NCBI GenBank assembly: GCA_038279365.1
Contig: JAYODI010000075.1
Location: 1-24,926, forward strand
From: Candidatus Latescibacterota bacterium
GTDB lineage: Bacteria; Latescibacterota; UBA2968
Direction: 5' to 3'
Length of the DNA: 24,926 nt
Every line of letters begins with the position of its first letter. The stretch's first letter is position 1. The notes under the pieces were generated by a model that was given only the letters and a program-made list of their open reading frames with translations, was not told where the DNA came from and did no database searches. The position numbers and the translations under genes are program-made. Of this stretch, positions 1 through 8,697 are shown piece after piece.

Positions 1-63
1 ATCATCACAACACATATAAACGTACAATCGTACTTACCAGTAAGGCTTTCTTATTTTATAGGT

Positions 64-1699
64 ATGTCTGCCAACCTGAAGCGATACCCTATTATGCCTT
101 CCCAAATTCTTATTGTTGACGATGATATGGCCATTCGGTCTGCCTTAGCCCGTTGGGCAAACAAACAAGGTTGGACACCGTTTGAAGCAGGCCATGCAAA
201 GGAAGCATTAGAAATTTTGGCAGTACACAAAATTGATATTGCCCTTGTTGACGTCAGATTACCAGAAACAGACGGTCTCGAACTTGCAAAACGCATCTTT
301 CAATTGGATGCAGACATTCCCATATTGCTCATCACTGCCTTTGCCGATTTGGATACAGCACGCCAAGCATTAAACATTGGTGTCTATGAATATTTTACCA
401 AACCCTTCGACTTCAAAGACCTCCACGCAGGTATCGACCGAGCCCTCCACTACCGCCAACTCACGCAAGAAAACCGCCAACACCAAAGCAGACTCGAACA
501 AGAAGTGATCAAACGGACGCACGAACTCACCCAAATAAATGCACAGCTCCAACTGGAAATGGAAGAACGCAAAAACATGGAACGCCAATTGGTGCAATTT
601 GAGCGTTTGGGTGCTCTTGCAGAAATGTCTCAGGGAGTAAGTCACAACCTCAACAACATTCTCACCGGTATCTTAGGCCCTGCGCAACTCATAGAACTCA
701 AATGCCAAGATGACGAAATTTTACATGAAGCACGTGTCATTCGAGATGCCGCCTTGCGCGCTGCAGACTTGGTCAAACGTCTTGCGGTTTCAGTGCGCGG
801 TGAAAATGGTGAATTGCAAGCCATTGATGTCACATCAACCATTCAAGAAGTGATTCAAGCCACACGACCACGTTGGAAAGATGAAAGTGAAGCAAAAGGC
901 ATTCACATTGAAATCAAAACGCACCTTCAACAAACACCACACATCTTTGGCACAGAGGCGGGCTTATATAATATATTGCTTAATCTCATATTAAATGCCA
1001 TTGATGCCATGCCCAATGGGGGCAACCTTACCCTTGCAACAACAACAAAAGACAATACCATTCAAATTACAGTGTCCGACACAGGCATTGGCATGAGCGA
1101 AGAGACCAAACGACGTGTCTTTGAGCCCTTTTTTACGACCAAAGCAGAAGTCGGCAAAGGGCTGGGAATGTCGGGTGTTTATACAGCCATTACACGTTGG
1201 GGGGGGGCAAATAGATTTAGACAGCACGCCCAATATTGGCACCACCGCAACCATCCACTTGCCCATTTTAACCCAACTCAACCTCGAAGCAGATGCCCCA
1301 CTGCCACCATCGACGCGCCCAGGACACATTCTCATTGTTGAAGACGAAGATATTGTGCGCACTTTTTTAACACGTGCCTTATCACCCCAACATGACGTAG
1401 ATGCCGTATCTGATGGCATACAAGGTTTGGAGCAATTTGCAAAAAAAACCTACGATGTCGTTCTTGTTGACTTGGGCATGCCCAACTTACCAGGCCATCA
1501 AGTGATCGAAGGCATGAAAAAGATATCGCCTCAAATTGCAACCATCCTCATTACAGGCTGGCAATTATCCGAAGAAGACCCACGTTACCAAGCATTTGAC
1601 TTTCATTTGCAAAAACCTTTTGAATCCATTCCCCAAATTATTACCACTGTCGCCAAAGCCATTCAAACCTACGACCAACGTCAAAAGAACCCGTCCTAA
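64..1699 (+). pseudogene. Hybrid sensor histidine kinase/response regulator (REC-coiled coil-HisKA-HATPase_c-REC), frameshifted at the G9 tract 1199-1207; start may be ATG 94
   Basis: ORF 64..1341 has REC (ILIVDDD, VDVRLP, ITAF, FTKPF), H-box SHNLNNIL, N-box NLILNAIDAM, G1 DTGIGM, F-box FEPFFTTK and G2 GKGLG. ORF 1115..1699 supplies the end of the ATPase (GGQIDLDSTPNIGTTATIHLP) and a second REC (ILIVEDE, VDLGMP, LITGW, LQKPF). Removing one G joins the two frames. This may be a sequencing error rather than a real pseudogene. Confidence 0.9.
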
Positions 1700-1838
1700 C
1701 TTTTTTAACGCATATCACCATTGCCAAAAACAGAAATCACACCCAAAAACTGAGCCATTATTTTTGGCTTAATTAAAATTTCATAAATACATGTTTTTGT
1801 AGACATAATCTTTTCTTAAAACCAATACAGCTTTCTCT

Positions 1839-1867
1839 TTGGCATTTTTGCGCGCTTTTCCTATCTT
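1839..1867 (+). promoter_or_regulatory. Putative sigma70 promoter for the ybaK operon
   Basis: TTGGCA(1839-44)-17 bp-TATCTT(1862-67), followed by an AGGAG RBS and GTG at 1897. Confidence 0.45.
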
Positions 1868-1896
1868 CTACCTCAAGAAAGACAAGGAGCGTATTT

Positions 1897-2370
1897 GTGA
1901 CCAAAACCAATGCCATACGGATCTTAGATCGCCTCAAAATCAATTACGAAATCAAAACCTATACGGTTGACGAATCAGACCTCAGTGCCGAACACGTTGC
2001 CCATTTGATTCAAATGCCTCCCCAGCAAGTGTTTAAAACCTTGGTTGCACGAACCGACAAACGCGACATCATCTTGGCCTGTGTGCCGGGCCATTTGGAA
2101 CTCGACCTCAAGGCATTGGGAGCCGCTGCAGGTGGCAAAAAAGCTGATTTGGTGGCCCTCAAAGAGATACAAACTCTCACCGGCTATATCCGAGGCGGTG
2201 TTTCGCCATTGGGTACCAAAAAACCCCTACCTGTTTATATCGACCAATCTGCCCAACAATGGCCTCACATTTCCATCAGTGCCGGTCAAAGGGGCATACA
2301 AATTATCACCAACCCCAACGATCTCATAAAAGCCACAACAGCCACCGTGTGTGACATCTCAAAACCTTAA
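1897..2370 (+). CDS. ybaK: Cys-tRNA(Pro) deacylase, YbaK/EbsC family
   Basis: N-terminal TNAIRILD, VFKTLV with the conserved Lys, TGYIRGGVSPLG, SAGQRG; 157 aa; AGGAG RBS. Confidence 0.93.
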   Translation: MTKTNAIRILDRLKINYEIKTYTVDESDLSAEHVAHLIQMPPQQVFKTLVARTDKRDIILACVPGHLELDLKALGAAAGGKKADLVALKEIQTLTGYIRGGVSPLGTKKPLPVYIDQSAQQWPHISISAGQRGIQIITNPNDLIKATTATVCDISKP

Positions 2371-2389
2371 CAAACAGCAGTTACTTGGC

Positions 2390-4678
2390 GTGAACACAAC
2401 CCAACAACTTTCTTTTAGTGCCACAGCACGTGGTTTGCGTGCCCTTATCTTTAGCCATGGTGCTTGGGGTGCCTGGGCACAAATGGTCAGTTTGCAAACA
2501 GCCATCTTTACAGGCTTTGTACTCTGGTTAGGCGCCTCCGAAGCCAGCATTGCCTACTTTATCTCCATTGGCTCATTCTCCAGTCTGGCACAGATTTTAT
2601 CCTCCACATTGCTCATCCACCGCATCAAACGCAAAAAGGCCTTTGTCATTTGCATGGGCTCATTGCACACCCTCTTTCGATTCTCCGTGGTTATTATCCC
2701 CCTCATTTTAACATCTTACCATGTTCCCGTTATTGCCACACTCATTGGCATAGGGATGGTTTGTTGGCATTCTGCGGGTCCTATTTTTAGCGGTTGGAGT
2801 GCCGAAATCATTCCCGAAGACATCCGCGCACGGTTTTTGGGGCGACAAACCATTGCCAATTTGTTGGCTGGCATTGTGGCCAGTTATGCCGCGGGGTGGT
2901 ATCTCGACTTATTTGCCGACACCGATAAATACACCGGTTTTTTCACCATTTTTCTTTTGGCCACACTTATTGGCATTGGTGGGTTTGTCAACCTATCACG
3001 CGTCCCCTTTCAACAAAAAGTATCTGGTGATCAAACGGGCAATCTCTTCGTCCCATTTCGCAACAAACAGTTTCGCAACCTCTTGATCTTTTTTTGGGTG
3101 TGGAACTTTGCTTGGAGTGTGGGCAGCCCATTTTACAGCGTGTTTATGCTCAAAACGTTGAAAATCAGCTACTCCAATGTGGCCATTCTGACCAGTCTTT
3201 TTATGGCAGCAATGGTGATTGGTTCTCAGCTTCTTAGTGGTCTTGTTGACCGTTATGGCAGCAAAGCTATGCTCCAAATTCTCACCATTCCCAGCATTTT
3301 AACACCCGTCTTTTGGGCACTCAACCGCCCCGACTTTTATTGGTTTATTCCCTTGGCCATGATTCTTAATGGGCTTATTTTTTCAGGTATGCTCGTTTCT
3401 GTCAATGCGTTGCTCTATGCCACAGTTCCCGAAGAAGGCAATCGCACCACTTATTTTGCGGGTTGGTCGTGTGCCGTTTTTTTGGCCTATGCTGTTGCCC
3501 CACTTTTTGGCAGTGCGTTGGTCAAATGGTTTGCTCCCATTCATCTGCAATTTTGGGGCTATGACATAGGCAACTTACAACTCGTTTTTTTGGTCAGCGC
3601 GGGTCTTATGGTCATACCCAACATCCTACTTCGTGCCGTAGAAGACAACAAAGGCACCACTTCACGCGAGTTGCTGGGGCAAGTGGGGCGTGGCAATTTG
3701 GTGGGCTATTTATACAACGCACTCGTTTTCGACTGGGCACGCAACGACAATTACCGTGCACGTGCCATTCGCAAAATGGGCCGTTCACGAAGCCCAATGG
3801 CCTTAGACCAACTCATCCAAGCCCTCAACGATGCCAACCCCGATGTCAGACGTCAGGCCGCACACGGATTGGGAGAAACAGGAGCCACAGAGGCCATCGA
3901 CCCATTATTGGACGAACTGCGCGACCAAGAATCTGATATTCGAGGAGAAGCCGCCGAAGCGTTGGGCAAAATTGGCGATCACGATGTGATTGACCCACTC
4001 ATCGAAGCCTTAGATGACAGCGACACACGCGTACAAATCAGTGCCATTCGGGCCCTTGCCGATATTGGGGGCGCCGAAGCCCGAGAATTGCTCTTTTGGA
4101 AATTTGTGGATCATTTTGATCGTACCACATTTCCGACCTTGGCCGATGTATTAGGTGCCAAACGCGACCTGCGCATGGTCAGGCCCACATTAGAGCGCAT
4201 AGAGCACTTTCGATCACCCGCCATTCGCCTCCAACTTCTCAATGCCGTTTGTCGTGCAGTGGGTGCGCGCAGGCGATTTTATCGCTTCATTTCGCAAGAT
4301 CCTCTCACACGCGCAAGTAACCTCGATGAAATGCTCAAAACGACACGCCAAGTTTTTAAAAAAGATCGCATTTTACCCCGTGCTGTTAGAATGCGCATTT
4401 GTACACACTTAGACAACATTCACCAAGCCTTTGACAAAGACAACACCGCATCACTTCTTACGGCCACCCTCACATTGGCCGAATATATCAAAACAGAAAC
4501 AGATGAAAAAACAGTAGAAACATTGGGCTCCGAAATTGCTTCCCAAATTGGGGCCGCTATTTTGGCGTTACACATCTTTTTAGACAACGTTGCCAAACAC
4601 GAAAAGGAAGAAACCCAAATTCTTTTTCTTATTGTTATGCTCTGGTGCATTGCAAAAGCCTTAGAATCTGCACACTAA
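2390..4678 (+). CDS. MFS-type transporter fused to C-terminal HEAT (PBS-lyase-like) repeats, copy 1
   Basis: About 12 hydrophobic segments with the MFS loop motif SGLVDRYGSK, then repeats such as LIQALNDANPDVRRQAAHGLGE, LRDQESDIRGEAAEALGKIG, LDDSDTRVQISAIRALADIG. GTG 2390 is preferred over GTG 2351 because it aligns with the paralog start and avoids overlap with ybaK. Confidence 0.85.
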   Translation: MNTTQQLSFSATARGLRALIFSHGAWGAWAQMVSLQTAIFTGFVLWLGASEASIAYFISIGSFSSLAQILSSTLLIHRIKRKKAFVICMGSLHTLFRFSVVIIPLILTSYHVPVIATLIGIGMVCWHSAGPIFSGWSAEIIPEDIRARFLGRQTIANLLAGIVASYAAGWYLDLFADTDKYTGFFTIFLLATLIGIGGFVNLSRVPFQQKVSGDQTGNLFVPFRNKQFRNLLIFFWVWNFAWSVGSPFYSVFMLKTLKISYSNVAILTSLFMAAMVIGSQLLSGLVDRYGSKAMLQILTIPSILTPVFWALNRPDFYWFIPLAMILNGLIFSGMLVSVNALLYATVPEEGNRTTYFAGWSCAVFLAYAVAPLFGSALVKWFAPIHLQFWGYDIGNLQLVFLVSAGLMVIPNILLRAVEDNKGTTSRELLGQVGRGNLVGYLYNALVFDWARNDNYRARAIRKMGRSRSPMALDQLIQALNDANPDVRRQAAHGLGETGATEAIDPLLDELRDQESDIRGEAAEALGKIGDHDVIDPLIEALDDSDTRVQISAIRALADIGGAEARELLFWKFVDHFDRTTFPTLADVLGAKRDLRMVRPTLERIEHFRSPAIRLQLLNAVCRAVGARRRFYRFISQDPLTRASNLDEMLKTTRQVFKKDRILPRAVRMRICTHLDNIHQAFDKDNTASLLTATLTLAEYIKTETDEKTVETLGSEIASQIGAAILALHIFLDNVAKHEKEETQILFLIVMLWCIAKALESAH

Positions 4679-4681
4679 CTT

Positions 4682-6958
4682 ATGAACAAAACACTTTCTC
4701 ACAGCGAAACAGCACGCGCCCTACGCGCCTTTATCTTTTCAAGTGGCATGTGGGGGGCTTGGGGCCAAATCATTGGCATCGGTACCGCCGTCTTTACAGG
4801 TTATGTGCTCTACCTGGGAGCCACCGATGCCCAAGTGGCCTATTTTGTGTCCATTGCATCATTTGCCAGCATTGGGCAAGTCATCTCATCACTTATTGCC
4901 CCACGCATCAAACACAAAAAGCGATTTGTGTTTGTCATTGGCATGTTTGAAATGAGTTTGCGCTTTGCTCTCATTTTGGCTCCTCTCATTTTAGAAGGCA
5001 CATCGGCCATTTTATTTGTGGGCATCATGTTGGGCTTGGCGCTTATGTGTGGCCATACCGTATCGCCCATTTACAACGATTGGTTGGCCACCATCATTCC
5101 CGAAGACATTCGGGCCCGATTTATCAGCCGACAAACCATGGCCAATTTATTATCGGGCATGGCCGCTGCATTTGCAGCAGGTAAATACATCGATTTGTTT
5201 TCCGAAGAAACGCGCTATGCGGCCTTTTTCACTGCCTTTGTGGTGGCCACCCTTCTTGGGGTAAGTGGTTACATCAATCTTATGCGCGTGCCCTTTCGCG
5301 AACATGTGACCGATACACCAGGCAACTTGCTCACCCCCTTTCGAGACCGTCCATTTCTCAAACTCTTGCTCTTTTTCTTGCTCTGGAATTTTGCCTTGGG
5401 CATCTCCAGCCCATTTTATAGCGTGTTCATGCTCAAGACCCTGCACATCGATTACGCCACGGTGGCCATTTTTAACAGCCTCTTTATGGGGGCCATGGTT
5501 ATTGGATATCGCATTTTGGGTGGCCTTGTTGATAAATATGGCGGCAAAGCCATTCTTCAGTTGTTGGTTCCACCTTGTGTTTGCTTGCCCGTTTTATGGG
5601 TTTTTAATCGTGCAGACTTTTATTATCTCATTCCTGTTGCCATGGTTCTCAGTGGTCTGATCCACTCAGGCATCTTGGTTTCGGTCAATGCCATCTTATT
5701 TGGTATCTTATCTGAAGGACGCAACAAAACCACCTACTTTGCCGCGTGGTCTACCGCCATCAACATGACCTATGCCGTTGCCCCACTTTTGGGCAGTACA
5801 TTGGTGGCCTATTTTTCTTCCACGCATCTCCAATGGTTTCAAATTCCCATAGGCAATCTCCAAATTAGTTTTTTAGCCACCAGCATGGTTCTGCTTATTC
5901 CCATCTTATTTTTGCCCGCAATTTCAGATCAAAAACAAACCTCCCCAGGGGAGTTGCTTAACCAAGTAAGCCGAGGCAATTTGTTGGGTTATCTCTATGG
6001 TGCACTCTCTTTTCGATGGTCTTGGGACGACAGCAATCGAGCACGTGCCGTTTTGCAAATGGGCAAATCGCGAAGCCCCATGGCCTTAGATCAACTCATC
6101 CAAGCGCTCAACGATGCCAACCCCGAAGTACGCAAACAAGCCGCCCAAGGTTTGGGAGAAGCCGGTGCCAGACAAGCCATTACCCCACTTTTGGAAGAAC
6201 TCAAAGACGAAGAATCAGACATTCGCACCGAAGCCATAGAAGCCTTGGGCAAAATTGGCGACCCTGGCATTATAGACCACCTCATTGAAGCACTCAACGA
6301 CACCGATACGCGTGTACAAATCAGCGCCATTCGCGCCCTTTCCGAAATGGGCAATGAAGAAGCTCGTGAATTGCTCTTTTGGAAATTTGCCGATCACTTT
6401 GACCGCACCACATTTCCCACCTTGGCCGATGTGTTGGGTGCCACACGAGACTTGCGCATGATACGCCCCACACTTGAGCGCATTGTGCACTTCCGCTCTC
6501 CAGCCATTCGTCTCCAACTTCTCAATGCAGTGTGTCGGGCCTTAGGCGCCAGACGTCGGTTTTACCAACTCATTTCGCAAGACAATTTGGCCCGTGCCGA
6601 AAGCCTCGAAGACATGCTCCACCAAACACAACGCGCCTTTCGCAAAGCACGCGTTTTAAAATCACCCATCAAAAAACACATACAAGATTTGCTCCAAAAC
6701 ATCCACAAAGCATTTGATACCGACCAAACCGATACCTTGTTTCAAAACACACAAGCATTGGCCACCTATTTAGAACACAATATTGATGAAAAAACAGTTG
6801 ATGCACTCGGCACCCAAACAGCCTCCCGCATGGGTGCTGCGGTCTTGGCCATCAACATCTATCTCTCAGACCCAGAGCATCGAGAAGAAAATGCCCAGCG
6901 CATCGTCTTTTGTCTGGTGTGCTTGTGGTGTATTGGAGACGCCCTTACATCCAAATAA
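4682..6958 (+). CDS. MFS-type transporter fused to C-terminal HEAT repeats, copy 2 (paralog of the upstream gene)
   Basis: Same architecture (GGLVDKYGGK; LNDANPEVRKQAAQGLGE); colinear with copy 1 along its length; starts 3 bp after the copy 1 stop. Confidence 0.88.
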   Translation: MNKTLSHSETARALRAFIFSSGMWGAWGQIIGIGTAVFTGYVLYLGATDAQVAYFVSIASFASIGQVISSLIAPRIKHKKRFVFVIGMFEMSLRFALILAPLILEGTSAILFVGIMLGLALMCGHTVSPIYNDWLATIIPEDIRARFISRQTMANLLSGMAAAFAAGKYIDLFSEETRYAAFFTAFVVATLLGVSGYINLMRVPFREHVTDTPGNLLTPFRDRPFLKLLLFFLLWNFALGISSPFYSVFMLKTLHIDYATVAIFNSLFMGAMVIGYRILGGLVDKYGGKAILQLLVPPCVCLPVLWVFNRADFYYLIPVAMVLSGLIHSGILVSVNAILFGILSEGRNKTTYFAAWSTAINMTYAVAPLLGSTLVAYFSSTHLQWFQIPIGNLQISFLATSMVLLIPILFLPAISDQKQTSPGELLNQVSRGNLLGYLYGALSFRWSWDDSNRARAVLQMGKSRSPMALDQLIQALNDANPEVRKQAAQGLGEAGARQAITPLLEELKDEESDIRTEAIEALGKIGDPGIIDHLIEALNDTDTRVQISAIRALSEMGNEEARELLFWKFADHFDRTTFPTLADVLGATRDLRMIRPTLERIVHFRSPAIRLQLLNAVCRALGARRRFYQLISQDNLARAESLEDMLHQTQRAFRKARVLKSPIKKHIQDLLQNIHKAFDTDQTDTLFQNTQALATYLEHNIDEKTVDALGTQTASRMGAAVLAINIYLSDPEHREENAQRIVFCLVCLWCIGDALTSK

Positions 6959-6990
6959 AAAAGGTCGCTCTAGGTGAGCGACCTTTAAAA
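6957..6990. terminator. Intrinsic terminator hairpin between convergent genes
   Basis: Stem AAAGGTCGCTC(6960-70), loop TAGGT, GAGCGACCTTT(6976-86), with an A run on the left. Confidence 0.8.
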
Positions 6991-7019
6991 ATACACAAAC
7001 AACACAAACCATCTTCTAC

Positions 7020-8684
7020 TTAAAACCCTAACACCTCACCTTGCATCAACGGCCACGCACCAAAGTCACGATCCACACCTTTCCCATCCACAGATACAAT
7101 CACCCATTGATCTTTTTTGGCCATCACATCATAAACAAGTGTGGCCCCGTCAGGCCATTGGAAACGTGTTTTCAAAACCGCAACATCCGCATTGCGCAAC
7201 GCCAAGCGTTCAAAAAATTCTCCCACATCCCCTGCTGGCAACACACAAAAAACACCCAAACTGTCCGTAGAACACACGGCAATATTCTGCCCAGCCTGTT
7301 CAAAAAGCTGCCAGTCATTCTTTTGGGTAACCGGCACCCATCCATTGGGCACAAACACAGCACCTGCCGAAACAGCAAAATTTTTGTGTACCCCCGTATT
7401 GTTCCATTTTTTATAATCAACACCAGGGCCAGCCACATGCAACAATTCGGTCAAATCCATGGCCCCATCTTCAAGCATCAAGGTTGTTGCACGCGCCACA
7501 CATTGTCGTGCCCAATCATTTGCAACACCGCCTGCTGTAATCAAATATCCCGGCCCACCCGAATAAATCTCGGGCGATCCATCATGTCCATGCCCCACTT
7601 GCACAAAATAATCATCGGGTTTATTCATCACCCAATTCACCACCGCATCAGAAGGACGATACGACGTCATCGGTACCCAAAGGGCTTGGTGTGCCCCCGC
7701 CCTTACAAACAAACCATCCACACCTGCCAAACTCATCCACGCCTTCATCATACCCGTGTGATAATCCCCATCCAAATCGGTATCACCCGCATGTCCAGGC
7801 TGTCGTCGAAAGGGTGGAAATCGCCTCATTGAAAGACTGCCCAACGCATATTCCCAATTTGCACGATCCAAGACACGCCGCGCCGCAATTTGTACAGGTT
7901 CTGCGGTAAAGGCTTCTAAATTTAAAAGCGCCGTCAGCGTATATCCCAAATACGGTCGCGAGTTATATTCGTGCAATCCCGCCCGCGCCATCCCCTCCAA
8001 ATAAGCCACCAACCAAGCTTCCAAACCATTGGCCACATTGTCATACTTTTGATCTGTATTTCCGTGTAAGGCTTTCCAACGGTTTTTCAAATACCGCGAA
8101 CCTTCCGTCATCAAAATATGGTTTTCGGTATCTCGCAACGGAAAGCCCAACAAACGCGGTGTATACACCTTGGGCGTTCCCCCTTCTTGTGTCATCAACA
8201 CATTCACAATATGATCAACCGTCTCAGGATACAACACTTCGGGTTGATCACCAAAAGCATAAAGCAACAAACTCAATCCAGCCAATGTAAAATCGTAATC
8301 ACCCGTTTTATGAAACGGCCCCGTTGAACCCACCGTACCGCGAGGTTGTCGCTCTTGCAAATATTGATTCACAAATGCAACATCCTGTCCCACAGCAAGC
8401 TTTCCTGCTAAAATACGAGGAATGGTGACTTTCCCATCTTCTTTCCAATCCTTAATTTCTCGCGATGCCCAATGGGCAAGCAACGAATCGGTCACCGAAG
8501 ACCGAGCAGCCCAAACACGCGTGCGTTGTGTAGGCACCACCACATCGCCCGCACCCAAATCCACATCGCCATGCCTGCTCACACTCGCATTGCGAAACAT
8601 CCACCAAAGCCCCGCATAAGCCACCAACAAAAACACCACCACACCAATGACCAAACGCTTCAACCACTTTAAAATCACAGCCAT
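7020..8684 (-). CDS. Hypothetical protein with N-terminal membrane anchor; possible heparinase/alginate-lyase-like helical toroid
   Basis: ATG 8684 follows an AAGGA RBS just downstream of the lyase stop; N-terminal TM helix LVIGVVVFLLVAYAGLWWMF; motifs DTENHILM and GLHEYNSRPY. The coding call is secure; the function is speculative. Confidence 0.7.
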   Translation of the reverse strand: MAVILKWLKRLVIGVVVFLLVAYAGLWWMFRNASVSRHGDVDLGAGDVVVPTQRTRVWAARSSVTDSLLAHWASREIKDWKEDGKVTIPRILAGKLAVGQDVAFVNQYLQERQPRGTVGSTGPFHKTGDYDFTLAGLSLLLYAFGDQPEVLYPETVDHIVNVLMTQEGGTPKVYTPRLLGFPLRDTENHILMTEGSRYLKNRWKALHGNTDQKYDNVANGLEAWLVAYLEGMARAGLHEYNSRPYLGYTLTALLNLEAFTAEPVQIAARRVLDRANWEYALGSLSMRRFPPFRRQPGHAGDTDLDGDYHTGMMKAWMSLAGVDGLFVRAGAHQALWVPMTSYRPSDAVVNWVMNKPDDYFVQVGHGHDGSPEIYSGGPGYLITAGGVANDWARQCVARATTLMLEDGAMDLTELLHVAGPGVDYKKWNNTGVHKNFAVSAGAVFVPNGWVPVTQKNDWQLFEQAGQNIAVCSTDSLGVFCVLPAGDVGEFFERLALRNADVAVLKTRFQWPDGATLVYDVMAKKDQWVIVSVDGKGVDRDFGAWPLMQGEVLGF

Positions 8685-8697
8685 CACAAAATCCTTT

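Noticed and set aside
1441-1448. A8 tract in the second receiver domain as another frameshift site
   Set aside because: The frame is intact through it (AKKTYD) and A runs are common in this sequence.
1897-2370. Functional link between ybaK (tRNA-Pro editing) and the tRNA-Pro fragment
   Set aside because: They are 21 kb apart and the fragment is explained as an att remnant; probably coincidence.
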